DNA of 64,000 bases from an uncultured Acetatifactor sp. (GCA_910577185.1 CAJTLR010000004.1:21399-85398), one strand, 5' to 3'; numbered from the stretch's first letter, positions 9,597-20,485 are shown. Program-made: numbers and translations. The notes: generated by a model not told the origin, from the sequence alone.

Positions 9597-9988
9597 TGCT
9601 GGCACTGGCTTCAGGTGCCGGCAGTTATGCCCAGTTTATCACTGTGCTGCTTATTTTTGTGGCAGTGCTTGGCGTCACGGCCTGGACTACCAGGTGGATT
9701 GCAAATTACCAGAAGCGGCAGAGTGTAAACGAAAATATTGAGGTTATAGAGACCACTCGTATTGCGAATAATAAGTATATCCAGATTATACGGGCAGGCG
9801 GGAAGTATATGGTGATTGCTGTCTGTAAAGATACAGTCACCATGCTGGGAGAGATTCCGGGAGAGCAGCTGAAGGAAACGGCTCCCATGCCCGGCTTCCG
9901 TTTCAGGGAGTTTCTCGACAAGGCTGCAGCGAAGCAGGATGCCGCCCGGGATGAGCCAAAGGAAAATCAGATGCATGATGAAAAATAA
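9596..9988 (+). CDS. fliO: Flagellar biogenesis protein FliO/FliZ
   Basis: Single TM plus beta-rich domain between cheY and fliP. Confidence 0.85.
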   Translation: MLALASGAGSYAQFITVLLIFVAVLGVTAWTTRWIANYQKRQSVNENIEVIETTRIANNKYIQIIRAGGKYMVIAVCKDTVTMLGEIPGEQLKETAPMPGFRFREFLDKAAAKQDAARDEPKENQMHDEK

Positions 9989-10766
9989 GCGTATATCCAA
10001 GCGAATAGTAACCGCAATATGCCTACTGGTTCTGGTGGGCATATTGTGTATTCTAAGTTCAATGACAGTATTTGCCAGTTCGGACCAGAATGCGGATAAT
10101 TATCTGAATATCACGGTTGGCAATGGAAACGGGGAGATCAACGGTTCCCTGCAGATTCTGCTGACACTGACATTGATCAGCCTGGCGCCCCTCCTTATCA
10201 TAATGATGACTTCCTTTACGCGTATCATCATTGTACTGCATTTCACCCGTGCCGCGCTGAACACGCAGACGGCTCCCCCCAACCAGGTTCTGGTGGGGCT
10301 GGCCCTGATACTGACTTTTTTTATCATGGAACCTGCCATTACCCAGATCAATGAGGAGGCTTACCAGCCTTATCAGGCGGGGGAAATTACCATGGAAGAT
10401 GCCCTGGAGAGGGGAGTCGTCCCTTTGCGGACATTCATGTACGATCAGACGCAGCTGAAGGATGTGGAGCTTTTTGTGCAGATAGCGGGGCAGGACTGGG
10501 ATGGGGAGACGCTGGAAGACATTCCCTTGTCCGTGCTTCTGCCGAGTTTTATGCTCAGTGAGCTGAGAATGGCTTTCTGGATCGGATTTGTGATTTATGT
10601 TCCTTTTATTGTCATTGACATGGTGGTGGCTTCTACCCTGATGAGTATGGGTATGATGATGCTGCCGCCCACAACCATCTCCATGCCGTTTAAGATACTT
10701 CTGTTTGTGCTGGCAGATGGCTGGAACCTTGTTCTGGGAGAACTGGTAAATTCGTTTTACCATTAA
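9975..10766 (+). CDS. fliP: Flagellar export gate protein
   Basis: MMTSFTRIIIVL, PPNQVL, MGMMMLPP..ISMPFKILLFVLADGW. Confidence 0.96.
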   Translation: MMKNKRISKRIVTAICLLVLVGILCILSSMTVFASSDQNADNYLNITVGNGNGEINGSLQILLTLTLISLAPLLIIMMTSFTRIIIVLHFTRAALNTQTAPPNQVLVGLALILTFFIMEPAITQINEEAYQPYQAGEITMEDALERGVVPLRTFMYDQTQLKDVELFVQIAGQDWDGETLEDIPLSVLLPSFMLSELRMAFWIGFVIYVPFIVIDMVVASTLMSMGMMMLPPTTISMPFKILLFVLADGWNLVLGELVNSFYH

Positions 10767-10804
10767 TTAATTGACAGTTTTGAAAACAAAGGAGGCGTAT
10801 CAGG

Positions 10805-11077
10805 ATGACAGTCGATGTCGTAATGGACATTACAAGGCAGGCTCTGTTTATGATTATCAGAGTTTCCCTTCCGGTATTGCTGGTGTCGCTGTGTGTGGGT
10901 CTGGTAATCAGTATTTTTCAGACAGTGACTTCCATTCAGGAGCAGACGCTTACTTTTGTGCCGAAAATTATCTGTGTATTTCTGGCGCTGGTGCTGTTTG
11001 GAAACTGGATGATGAACAGCATGGTGGAGTTTATGACGAACCTCTGGACTGATTTCAGTTTATATATCAACCAATAA
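10805..11077 (+). CDS. fliQ: Flagellar export gate protein
   Basis: GLVISIFQTVTSIQEQTLTFVPK. Confidence 0.96.
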   Translation: MTVDVVMDITRQALFMIIRVSLPVLLVSLCVGLVISIFQTVTSIQEQTLTFVPKIICVFLALVLFGNWMMNSMVEFMTNLWTDFSLYINQ

Positions 11078-11092
11078 CGGGAGCCTGACAGG

Positions 11093-11875
11093 ATGATTCA
11101 GTATTCGTTTTCCGTGTATGATTTGGAATATTTCCTTTTGATTTTTGTCAGGGTGGCCAGTTTTGTGCATGTGGCCCCGTTTTTCAGCCTGAGGAATACC
11201 CCTTCCAATGTGCGGATTGCGATGAGTTTTTTTACGGCGCTCCTTTTATACCAGGCCCTGACCCCGGTGGAGGCGGTTGTTTATCAGACTATACTGGAAT
11301 ATGCCGTTGTGGTGATGAAGGAAGCCATCGTGGGACTGCTGGTGGGTTTTGCGGCAAATATCTGTACCACCATAGTGAATTTTGCCGGTTCCATTGCGGA
11401 TATGGAGACCGGACTTTCCATGGTGACGCTGATGGATCCCACGACCCGGGAAAATACCAGCATCACGGGCGTGCTGTATCAGTATGTACTGATGCTGATG
11501 ATGATCTGTACGGGAATGTACCGGTATTTTTTCGGTGCAATGGCAGATACTTTTATTCTGATTCCCGTAAACGGGGCAGTGTTCCGCAGTGACGCGCTGC
11601 TGGATTCCATGCTGGAGTTTCTGGGAGACTATGTGATTATCGGTTTCCGGATTGTGCTGCCCATATTCTGTTCCATTTTGCTGCTGAATGCGGTTCTGGG
11701 AATTCTGGCCAAGGTATCGCCGCAGCTGAATATGTTTGCTGTGGGTATTCAGTTCAAAATTCTGGTGGGACTGGGGGTTCTATTTCTGACAGCAGGCATG
11801 CTGCCGGGAATCGCGGACTTTATTTTTGGGGAAATGGACAAAATGATTCGTTCTTTTGTGGGAGGCATGACATGA
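11093..11875 (+). CDS. fliR: Flagellar export gate protein
   Basis: Multi-TM; KVSPQLNMFAVG motif; synteny. Confidence 0.95.
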   Translation: MIQYSFSVYDLEYFLLIFVRVASFVHVAPFFSLRNTPSNVRIAMSFFTALLLYQALTPVEAVVYQTILEYAVVVMKEAIVGLLVGFAANICTTIVNFAGSIADMETGLSMVTLMDPTTRENTSITGVLYQYVLMLMMICTGMYRYFFGAMADTFILIPVNGAVFRSDALLDSMLEFLGDYVIIGFRIVLPIFCSILLLNAVLGILAKVSPQLNMFAVGIQFKILVGLGVLFLTAGMLPGIADFIFGEMDKMIRSFVGGMT

Positions 11876-12981
11876 TTCGCTATAATCTGCAGTTTTTTGC
11901 GAAGCAGGGTATGGGCGGTGAGAAGACAGAGCCTGCCACCCAGAAAAAGCTGAATGACGCCCGGAAGGAAGGCCAGGTTGCCAAGAGCAAGGAGATCGCC
12001 AATGGTTTCGGACTGTTGTCCCTGTTTCTGGTACTGAAGTTCTGGGTGGGGCACATGGGCATCCAGCTTATGGAAGTTTTCAAGAATATTTACGGCAAGA
12101 TTCCGGAGATGATTGTGTTTCCGGACGGGACAATGCCGCAGAGGGATACCGCCATTCTGTTCCGTAATATGCTTACGGAAATACTGGTTATCATAGCGCC
12201 GATCCTGCTGATCGGAGTTACGGTTGCATTTGTGTGCGATATTGTACAGGTAAAGTGGAAGCCCACCACAAAGCCCTTAAAACCCAAGCTGAGCAAGCTG
12301 AATCCCATAAAGGGTTTTAAAAAGTTTGTGTCGCTGAATTCTCTGGTGGAACTGATTAAATCCATAGCAAAGATCGGCCTGATCGTCTATATCTGCTATG
12401 GTTATCTGAAAGACAAATGGGTTTTACTGTTAAATTTATATGATATTACCCTGATGCAGGCGCTGCAGCTTGTATCGAATACCGTGACGGACCTGGGAAT
12501 CCGGATCGCGGCGCTCTATCTTCTGATTGCGCTGGCCGACTTCATTTACCAGAAACTGAAATTCAAAAATGATATGAAGATGACCAAGCAGGAGATCAAG
12601 GAAGAATTCAAACAGCAGGAAGGTGATCCGCAGATCAAGGGCAAGATACGGCAGAAGATGCGGGAGACTTCCATGAGGCGTATGATGCAGAGCCTTCCCC
12701 AGGCGGATGTGGTCATCACGAATCCCACCCACTATGCCGTGGCTATCAAGTATGACCCGGACGTGGCGGATGCGCCCATTGTGCTGGCGAAAGGTGAAGA
12801 TTATCTGGCGGCCCGTATCAAAGAGGCTGCCAAAGAAAATAACATTGAAATTGTGGAAAATAAACCCCTTGCAAGAATGCTGTACGCAAATGTGGACATA
12901 GGCCAGGCCGTGCCGCCGGAGCTGTACCAGGCGGTGGCGGAAGTGCTTGCATTTGTGTATCAGCTGCAGGGCAGGATTTAA
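11872..12981 (+). CDS. flhB: Flagellar export switch protein
   Basis: EKTEPATQKKL; TNPTH autocleavage motif. Confidence 0.97.
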   Translation: MIRYNLQFFAKQGMGGEKTEPATQKKLNDARKEGQVAKSKEIANGFGLLSLFLVLKFWVGHMGIQLMEVFKNIYGKIPEMIVFPDGTMPQRDTAILFRNMLTEILVIIAPILLIGVTVAFVCDIVQVKWKPTTKPLKPKLSKLNPIKGFKKFVSLNSLVELIKSIAKIGLIVYICYGYLKDKWVLLLNLYDITLMQALQLVSNTVTDLGIRIAALYLLIALADFIYQKLKFKNDMKMTKQEIKEEFKQQEGDPQIKGKIRQKMRETSMRRMMQSLPQADVVITNPTHYAVAIKYDPDVADAPIVLAKGEDYLAARIKEAAKENNIEIVENKPLARMLYANVDIGQAVPPELYQAVAEVLAFVYQLQGRI

Positions 12982-13040
12982 GAATACAGAACCGGTGAAT
13001 CCACCGGAATTTCAGGTTTGAAGGAAAGGAGGAGTATGGC

Positions 13041-15086
13041 GTGAATGCAAGATTGGCAAAAACGGACGCTATTGTAGCCATTTATGTACTTGTGGCGTTT
13101 ATTATGTTGATTGTGCCGATTCCCGCGGGACTTCTTGATGTGTTTATGGCATTTAACATTGCCATAGCCTTCACAATTCTGTTTGCGTGCATGTTCACCA
13201 AGGAAGTACTGGATATGTCCTATTTCCCTACGGTTCTCCTTTTTACCACCATTTTCAGGATTGCCATGAACGTGTCTTCCACAAGGTATATTCTGGTAAA
13301 CGGTACATCGGGAAATGTTGTTCTGACTTTCGGCGAATTTGTGGGTGGAGGCGACCTGATTGTAGGTGCCATTGTTTTCCTTATCCTGATTATGATTCAG
13401 TTTATGGTAATCAATAAAGGTTCCGAGCGTGTGGCTGAAGTAACGGCAAGATTTACGCTGGATGCCATGCCCGGTAAGCAGATGGCCATTGATGCCGACC
13501 TGAATACCGGTGCCATAGACGATAAGGAAGCAAAGGAGAGACGTGACAAGATACAGCAGGAATCCAGCTTTTTCGGCTCCATGGACGGTGCCGTCAAGTA
13601 TGTCAAGGGAGATGCCACGGCGGGTCTTCTGCTGACAGTGATCAATCTGGTGGGTGGTATCGCAATGGGTGTGCTGCGCATGGGAATGGAGCCTGCGTCG
13701 GCCCTGGATACCTATGGTATTCTGACCATAGGCGACGGTCTGGTGAGCCAGATTCCCTCGCTTCTGATCTCTCTTTCCACCGGTGTACTGGTCACAAAGG
13801 GAACCAAGGAATCAGAATTTGGCCCAGCCATTGTAAAACAGTTGTTTGGTATACCAAAGGTAATGTACATGGTGGGGGGTACTTTATCTTTTTTGTCCGT
13901 ATTTACGGATTTGAACACGCTTTTATTCCTGGGTATGGGACTTGTCTTTATTGTAGGCGGCAGGATTATCGCCAGCAATCTGGAGACAGCGGCCATCGAG
14001 AGCGAAGTGGACGGCGACGAGCTGGCCGCGGACGAGATCAGACAGCCGGAAAATGTGGCGAGTCTCCTGCAGGTTGACCCCATCGAGCTGGAATTCGGAT
14101 ACGGTATCATTCCCCTGGCAGATGTGAACCAGGGCGGAGACCTGCTTGACCGTGTGGTCATGATACGAAGGCAGATCGCGGTGGAACTGGGTACCGTGGT
14201 TCCCATCATCCGCCTGAGGGATAATATCCAGTTGAATCCGAACCAGTATATTATCAAGATAAAAGGAATCCAGGTCAGCGAAGGGGAAATTCTTTTTGAC
14301 CATTACATGGCCATGAACCCCGGGTATGTGGAAGAGGAAATCGCCGGTATACCCACCTTTGAACCGTCTTTCCATCTGCCTGCCATATGGATTACGGAGG
14401 GGCAGAGGGAGCGGGCGGAGAGCCTGGGCTATACCGTGGTTGACCCGCCTTCCATCATTGCCACGCATCTGACGGAAATTATCAGACAGCACATTGCGGA
14501 CCTGCTCAGCAGACAGGATGTCCAGAACCTGATCAACAATCTGAAGGAGTCCAATCCTTCCCTTGTGGAGGAACTGGTGCCCAAGCTTCTGGGTCTGGGC
14601 GAGATTCAGAAGGTTTTACAGAATCTTCTGCGGGAAGGCATTTCTATCCGGGACCTGCTGACCATCATGGAGACTCTGGCGGATTACTCGCCTGCCACCA
14701 GGGACACCGATATATTGACAGAGTATGTGAGACAGAGCCTGAAGCGGGCGATTTCCACAAAATATTTCCCCAACCACGAGACCACCAATGTGGTGACCCT
14801 GGATCCGAAGGTGGAACAGGAAATTATGGGAAGTGTGAAACAGACGGAAAACGGTGCGTTTTTAAATCTGGATCCCAACAGGTCAAGGGCCATTATCGAT
14901 TCCGTAGGCAAAGAAGTGCAGAAACTGGAAAATCTTGGAAAGAATCCTATTATTATCACTTCGCCCATTGTACGTATGTATTTTAAGCGTCTGACGGAAG
15001 ACTATTACAGGGATCTGGTGGTTGTATCCTATAATGAAGTGGAATCTAATGTGGAATTGCAATCAGTAGGGATGGTGACAGCATAA
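13041..15086 (+). CDS. flhA: Flagellar export protein
   Basis: RVAEVTARFTLDAMPGKQMAIDADL FHIPEP motif. Confidence 0.97.
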   Translation: MNARLAKTDAIVAIYVLVAFIMLIVPIPAGLLDVFMAFNIAIAFTILFACMFTKEVLDMSYFPTVLLFTTIFRIAMNVSSTRYILVNGTSGNVVLTFGEFVGGGDLIVGAIVFLILIMIQFMVINKGSERVAEVTARFTLDAMPGKQMAIDADLNTGAIDDKEAKERRDKIQQESSFFGSMDGAVKYVKGDATAGLLLTVINLVGGIAMGVLRMGMEPASALDTYGILTIGDGLVSQIPSLLISLSTGVLVTKGTKESEFGPAIVKQLFGIPKVMYMVGGTLSFLSVFTDLNTLLFLGMGLVFIVGGRIIASNLETAAIESEVDGDELAADEIRQPENVASLLQVDPIELEFGYGIIPLADVNQGGDLLDRVVMIRRQIAVELGTVVPIIRLRDNIQLNPNQYIIKIKGIQVSEGEILFDHYMAMNPGYVEEEIAGIPTFEPSFHLPAIWITEGQRERAESLGYTVVDPPSIIATHLTEIIRQHIADLLSRQDVQNLINNLKESNPSLVEELVPKLLGLGEIQKVLQNLLREGISIRDLLTIMETLADYSPATRDTDILTEYVRQSLKRAISTKYFPNHETTNVVTLDPKVEQEIMGSVKQTENGAFLNLDPNRSRAIIDSVGKEVQKLENLGKNPIIITSPIVRMYFKRLTEDYYRDLVVVSYNEVESNVELQSVGMVTA

Positions 15087-15087
15087 A

Positions 15088-16344
15088 ATGATTATAAAGA
15101 AGTTTTTGGGCAGGACGGAAGAAGAAGCAGTGGAAGCTGCCAGAAAAGAGCTTGGCAGCGGCGTTGTCATCATGAATGTGAAAGAAGTAAAGCGCAAAGG
15201 GCTGGCGGCGATTTTCAGGCCGAAACAGACTGAGGTTACAGCCGCCCTGGAAGAGGAAAGGGATGCCCTGAGCGCCGTGCGGAGGGAATCCGTGCCCACC
15301 AGAGAGGATGCCGGGGAAAGGACGCAGGCTTCCATGGGTCTTTCCGGCAGGAAAAACCAGGATATGGAAGACAAGGCTTCCATTGAGCAGAGACTTGACA
15401 GCCTTCAGGAACTTCTGATGAGCCGGTTTCAGCAAAACGAGACGGAAAAAGAAGAAACGGGCGGGGAGAATGCAGGTCCGGAAGGCGAAACAAGGGAGGA
15501 AGTCCAGGAAGAGAAGCCGGGAAGTCAGGAACTTACGGAACAGCAGCGTTTTATCAGGCTCTTATATAACGCCATGCTGGAAAGCGAAGTGGATGAAAAG
15601 TATGCCAATCAGATTGTGGATGATCTGGATCTGGCAGGGCAGGCCAATCTGCCGATAGATTATATTCTGGAAAACGTATACCAGAAAATGATATTGAAGT
15701 TCGGCAGGGCTGAAGGCATCCTTCCGGCAGAGGGAAGGACAAAGATCGTGCTTTTTATGGGCCCCACCGGGGTGGGCAAAACCACAACCATAGCCAAAAT
15801 TGCCAGCAATTTTGCGGTGGAAGAGAGAAAAAGAGTTGCCATGCTGACCGCCGACACTTACCGGATAGCCGCTGTGGAACAGCTCAGAACCTATGCCAAT
15901 ATTCTGGAGGTACCCTTCCGGGTCATCTATTCGGAGGATGAGGCGAAGGCAGCCGTGGAGGAATTTGAAGATTTTGATTATATTTTTGTGGACACCATGG
16001 GTCATTCCCACAAAAACGAAGAGCAGCTGGAGCATATGAAAAGGCTGTTTGAGACCCTGAGGGATGCGGGAGAGTGTCAGACCTTTCTGGTACTATCCGC
16101 CACAACCAAGTACCGGGATCTGCTGAAGATTGTTTCCACCTATGAGGGAATTGCAGATTTTCAGCTGATTTTTACAAAGTTGGACGAGACGGGGGCCATG
16201 GGAAACCTGCTGAACCTGAAACTGTATACAGGAACACCCATAGCATTTGTGACCAACGGACAGAATGTGCCCAATGACATTGAACTTTTTAATCCCCAGA
16301 AGACTGTGAAACAGATCCTGAGTACCAGGCAGGAAAGAAGCTGA
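15088..16344 (+). CDS. flhF: SRP-family flagellar GTPase
   Basis: GPTGVGKTTT, DTYRIAA, TKLDET, GQNVP motifs. Confidence 0.96.
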   Translation: MIIKKFLGRTEEEAVEAARKELGSGVVIMNVKEVKRKGLAAIFRPKQTEVTAALEEERDALSAVRRESVPTREDAGERTQASMGLSGRKNQDMEDKASIEQRLDSLQELLMSRFQQNETEKEETGGENAGPEGETREEVQEEKPGSQELTEQQRFIRLLYNAMLESEVDEKYANQIVDDLDLAGQANLPIDYILENVYQKMILKFGRAEGILPAEGRTKIVLFMGPTGVGKTTTIAKIASNFAVEERKRVAMLTADTYRIAAVEQLRTYANILEVPFRVIYSEDEAKAAVEEFEDFDYIFVDTMGHSHKNEEQLEHMKRLFETLRDAGECQTFLVLSATTKYRDLLKIVSTYEGIADFQLIFTKLDETGAMGNLLNLKLYTGTPIAFVTNGQNVPNDIELFNPQKTVKQILSTRQERS

Positions 16345-16387
16345 AGGAACAGCGCTGAACGGACGGAACCGGAATCAGGAGGTAGAT

Positions 16388-17263
16388 ATGGACCAGGCAG
16401 AACAATTACGTATTTTAAAGGCAGGCCAGCAACAGCCGAAAGCATTGGCCCGGGTCATTACTGTCACCAGCGGGAAAGGTGGTGTGGGAAAATCCAATAC
16501 CTCTATTAATCTGGCGATTCAGTTTCGCAAGATGGGAAAGAAAGTCATTATTCTGGATGCGGATTTTGGCCTTGCCAATATAGAGATTATGTTCGGGGCG
16601 GTGCCGAAGCATAATTTATGTGACTTGATTTACCAGGGAAAAAGTATCAGGGATATTATTACATGGGGCCCCATGGAAGTAGGCTTTATCTCCGGCGGAA
16701 GCGGTATTGCGGGAATGTCTAATTTAAGCCGTGATTATCTAAGTTATATTATCCAGAATCTGTCCCAGCTGGATACCATTGCGGACATCATCATTGTGGA
16801 TACAGGGGCGGGTATTTCAGACGCGGTGCTGGAGTTTCTGGTGGCCAGCGGGGAAATTCTTCTTGTGACCACGCCGGAACCGACTTCCATAACAGATTCC
16901 TATTCGCTTTTAAAGGCATTATACCGCCACGTGAGGTTTGACGCCAATGCGACGAAGGTAAAACTCATTGCAAACAGGGTGTCAAAGGAATCGGAGGGCA
17001 GGGTGCTTTACGATAAACTGAACGCGGTGGTTGAGCGCTATTTAAAGGTGCCAATGATATATCTGGGGTGTGTGCCGGAGGATACCCAGCTGTCCCGGTC
17101 GGTTATGCAGCAGGTTCCGGTTTCCCTGCACAATCCCGGTGCAAAGTCCACAATGGCATATGAGAGGATTGCGGGAAGGCTTTTGGATAAGAAAGAGGCA
17201 GAGAGACAGCCAAAACGGGGCATGGCGGCATTTTTCTCGTATATGATTGCAGGCAAAAGGTAA
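16388..17263 (+). CDS. flhG: MinD/ParA-family flagellar number regulator
   Basis: MDQAEQLR N-terminus; SGKGGVGKSN; TTPEPTSITD. Confidence 0.93.
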   Translation: MDQAEQLRILKAGQQQPKALARVITVTSGKGGVGKSNTSINLAIQFRKMGKKVIILDADFGLANIEIMFGAVPKHNLCDLIYQGKSIRDIITWGPMEVGFISGGSGIAGMSNLSRDYLSYIIQNLSQLDTIADIIIVDTGAGISDAVLEFLVASGEILLVTTPEPTSITDSYSLLKALYRHVRFDANATKVKLIANRVSKESEGRVLYDKLNAVVERYLKVPMIYLGCVPEDTQLSRSVMQQVPVSLHNPGAKSTMAYERIAGRLLDKKEAERQPKRGMAAFFSYMIAGKR

Positions 17264-17286
17264 AATGAAAAAGGGTGGTGGTTATT

Positions 17287-18021
17287 ATGTTTTCCAAGTT
17301 TATTTCGGTAGGGGATAAAATCGAATTACAGGCGGTTGCGCGTGAAAACGAGGATCAGCCTGGTGTGGCAGGAAAGGTCTACCATAGTACGGTCTATGAT
17401 ATCCAGTCAGAAGATACCATTGAGATCACAATGCCTATGGAGAAGACAAAGCTGATCCTGCTTCCTGTGGATGGGGAGTTTGACATGGTATTTTACGCTG
17501 CAAGCGGGCTGTTCCAGTGTCTTGCAAGAATTATTGACCGGTATAAGAGTAATAATACCTACTTGCTTCTGCTGGAGATTACCAGTAATCTGCGGAAGTA
17601 CCAGAGAAGAGAGTTCTACCGCCTGGGATGTGCGCTGGAGATGAATACACGCAGCCTGCAGGAAGAGGAAGTCCAGACCATAGAAAGCAGACAGCCGTAC
17701 ACGCTGGCGAAAGGGCTTCCGCTGAAGCAGAGCGTCATTGTGGACATCAGCGGGGGTGGTCTGCGCTTTTTATCCACCCAGCGCTATGAGCCTGGCAGCC
17801 TGATCTACTGCAGCTATCATCTGATGAACGGCGGTGAGCACAAAAAATACGAAGTGATCAGCAGGGTGATCAGTTCCATTGAGCTGGATAACCGCAAGGG
17901 TACATTTGAGCACCGGGTACAGTTTTATGACCTGGATCCCACGGTCAGGGAAGAGATTATCAAATATATCTTTGAGGAAGAGAGAAGAAACCGGCTGAAA
18001 AAGAAATATGCTTCAGAATAA
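17287..18021 (+). CDS. PilZ-domain c-di-GMP-binding flagellar brake protein (YcgR/MotI-like)
   Basis: QRREFYR (RxxxR) and DISGGG (DxSxxG) PilZ motifs. Confidence 0.92.
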   Translation: MFSKFISVGDKIELQAVARENEDQPGVAGKVYHSTVYDIQSEDTIEITMPMEKTKLILLPVDGEFDMVFYAASGLFQCLARIIDRYKSNNTYLLLLEITSNLRKYQRREFYRLGCALEMNTRSLQEEEVQTIESRQPYTLAKGLPLKQSVIVDISGGGLRFLSTQRYEPGSLIYCSYHLMNGGEHKKYEVISRVISSIELDNRKGTFEHRVQFYDLDPTVREEIIKYIFEEERRNRLKKKYASE

Positions 18022-18074
18022 GGATTTTTCGTTGTAGTGTTGAAACTGGCAGGACAAATCGGGAGAGGCAATGT

Positions 18075-18701
18075 ATGAGCGAGATTTTGGAACAAGTTTC
18101 AGAAACATATTATGATGTACTGAAAGAAATAGGGAATATTGGGGCCGGCAATGCAATGACAGCGCTGTCCCAGATGCTTCAGTGTAAAGTGGATATGAAA
18201 GTACCCCAGGTCAGACTTCTGGAATTTTCTGAGGTAGGGGAGCTGATGGGGGGAGAAGAACAGATCATGGCAGGGGTATTCCTGGGTGTGGAAGGGGATA
18301 TCACGGGGAGCATGATGTTTATGGTGGAAGAGCAAAGCGCCAGGCATCTGATCCAGAAAATTACCATGGGTATGTTCCCGGAGGGAGAAGAATTTGAGGA
18401 GATGGGTCTGTCTGCCATGCAGGAAGTGGGCAATATCATCACAGGCGCTTACTTAAATTCATTGTCCATGATGACAAACTTGTCGGTAAGTCCGTCCCCT
18501 CCTGCCGTGACGGTGGATATGGCAGGGGCAATATTGAGTGTACCGGCCATTCAGTTTGGTATTTACGGTGATAAGATTCTGCTGATACAGTCCCAGTTCT
18601 ATGACGAAGTGAAGCTGGATGGATATTTCATCCTGATTCCGGATCTGGAATCTTATGAAAAGATACTCACGGCCCTGGGAGTTCCGGTAAATCTGGGCTG
18701 A
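18075..18701 (+). CDS. cheC: CheY-P phosphatase
   Basis: DVLKEIGNIGAG and SAMQEVGNII motifs. Confidence 0.95.
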   Translation: MSEILEQVSETYYDVLKEIGNIGAGNAMTALSQMLQCKVDMKVPQVRLLEFSEVGELMGGEEQIMAGVFLGVEGDITGSMMFMVEEQSARHLIQKITMGMFPEGEEFEEMGLSAMQEVGNIITGAYLNSLSMMTNLSVSPSPPAVTVDMAGAILSVPAIQFGIYGDKILLIQSQFYDEVKLDGYFILIPDLESYEKILTALGVPVNLG

Positions 18702-18748
18702 TACTGCATTGTAAAAATAGAACGGACAAAAGGATATGGAAATGACTC

Positions 18749-19246
18749 ATGAGTGAAATATTGAAAGTAGGAATAGCAGACTTGAAGACCTGCATAAGCC
18801 CCAATGGTGTGATGACTCTGGGGCTGGGGTCCTGTGTCGGCATTGCCATCCGGGACCCGATGAACAAAATCGGCGGACTGGTACATATTATGCTGCCGGA
18901 CAGCAAGGCCATCACCAGCGGACAGCATAATATTGCGAAATTTGCGGATACTGGCATAGAAGAGCTGGTGCGGCAGCTGGAGAGAATGGGAGCCAGGCGC
19001 GTCCGCATGGTTGCGAAGATTGCCGGGGGTGCCACAATGTTTAACTTTCAGGGAAGCGGGTCAGGTGCGTCGGTGGCACAGGTGGGCAACCGGAATGTGG
19101 AGGCTACAAAAGCCAAACTGAATGCACTCAGGATTCCTATCCTGGCACAGGATACAGGGGCAAATTACGGGAGAACGGTAGTTTTTTATCCGGAAACAGG
19201 TGCTTTTCATATCCGGGCCGTTGGAAAACCAGAAAAGATCATCTGA
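18749..19246 (+). CDS. cheD: Chemoreceptor glutamine deamidase
   Basis: TLGLGSCVG, HIMLP, AKIAGGA, DTGANYGRT. Confidence 0.96.
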   Translation: MSEILKVGIADLKTCISPNGVMTLGLGSCVGIAIRDPMNKIGGLVHIMLPDSKAITSGQHNIAKFADTGIEELVRQLERMGARRVRMVAKIAGGATMFNFQGSGSGASVAQVGNRNVEATKAKLNALRIPILAQDTGANYGRTVVFYPETGAFHIRAVGKPEKII

Positions 19247-19362
19247 AGAACACTTTCAAATAATGAATGGAGCGCCCGCTGAAACGGGCAGAGGGTGTAA
19301 GTTTGGAAGTTCCTTTCAAATACTGATTGGTATGCGCGCCAAAGCGCGCTAGGGGTATAAAT

Positions 19363-19644
19363 ATGAACAGGAAGAATATGCCGCTTCTCCTGATGCTGAC
19401 AGCGGGGGCGGTGACATGTGTTATTACTTATGTGGAAAAGTATACCATGTTTGAAAAGCTGGTTGCTTTGTTTGTGGTACTGGTGATCTTTTTTGTGCTG
19501 GGAAGTGTGCTGAAGTGGACACTGGATTTCTTCGAAAAGCAAAATGAGGAGAGGCTGAAGGAAGAGGGGGAGGTCATCGAAAAAGAAGCGGAAGAAGGAG
19601 GGGAAGAGAAGCCGGAGGAAAAGGGCCGGCAAAAATCTTCTTGA
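19363..19644 (+). CDS. Hypothetical membrane protein (2 TM, acidic tail)
   Basis: ORF with RBS between cheD and fliA. Confidence 0.75.
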   Translation: MNRKNMPLLLMLTAGAVTCVITYVEKYTMFEKLVALFVVLVIFFVLGSVLKWTLDFFEKQNEERLKEEGEVIEKEAEEGGEEKPEEKGRQKSS

Positions 19645-19669
19645 CAGATTTCGTATCGGACAGTATGAT
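19641..19669 (+). promoter_or_regulatory. Putative internal sigma-A promoter for fliA
   Basis: TTGACA-N17-TATGAT overlapping the upstream TGA. Confidence 0.65.
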
Positions 19670-19695
19670 AACATTTAAGAAGGAGCAGAGATTTC

Positions 19696-20469
19696 ATGGA
19701 TGAGGCAGGCAGGAAAAAACTGTTAGAAGAATATGCGAAGATGAAATCACCGGAAACCAGAGAGCAGCTGATTCTGGAATATGCTCCTCTTGTGAAGGTG
19801 GTTGCGGGCAGGCTCAGCATGTATCTGGGCTATAATGTGGAGTATGAAGATCTGGTAAGCTATGGTATCTTTGGCCTGATAGATGCCATAGATAAATTTG
19901 ATTATCTGAAAGACGTAAAATTCGAGACTTATGCCAGTCTGCGTATCCGGGGCGCCATACTGGACCAGATCCGCAAGATGGACTGGATTCCCAGAACAAT
20001 CCGACAAAAACAGAAAAAAATAGAGGCAGTTATCAAGGAAGTGGAGCAGAACACAGGACATGTGGCTACGGATGAGGAAATCGCCAGGGGGCTGGGGATT
20101 TCAAATGATGAGTACCTGGACTGGCAGTCCCAGATGAAGATTACCGGGCTGGTTTCACTGAATGAATATATGGAACAGGGAAGCGATGTGTCTCAGGATT
20201 ACAGAAGACATACCACATCGCATTTTGAAGCACCGGAAGAGCGGGTGGAAAGGGAAGAACTGACAAAAGTTCTGGGGGAAGCCCTTCAGCTTCTGACGGA
20301 GAAGGAACAGAAGGTGATCACTCTATATTATTACGAGGATCTCACATTGAAGGAAATCAGTAATATATTGGAGGTTTCTGAGTCCAGGGTATCGCAGCTG
20401 CATACCAGGGCCTTAAAGAAGATGAAGGTAAAAATGGGGAACTATATGGGTATTCTTTCAAATAATTAG
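19696..20469 (+). CDS. fliA: RNA polymerase sigma-28 (FliA/SigD)
   Basis: KFETYASLRIRGAILDQIRKMDWIPR; LTLKEISNILEVSESRVSQLH. Confidence 0.96.
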   Translation: MDEAGRKKLLEEYAKMKSPETREQLILEYAPLVKVVAGRLSMYLGYNVEYEDLVSYGIFGLIDAIDKFDYLKDVKFETYASLRIRGAILDQIRKMDWIPRTIRQKQKKIEAVIKEVEQNTGHVATDEEIARGLGISNDEYLDWQSQMKITGLVSLNEYMEQGSDVSQDYRRHTTSHFEAPEERVEREELTKVLGEALQLLTEKEQKVITLYYYEDLTLKEISNILEVSESRVSQLHTRALKKMKVKMGNYMGILSNN

Positions 20470-20485
20470 GTGGGGGGATCAGGCT

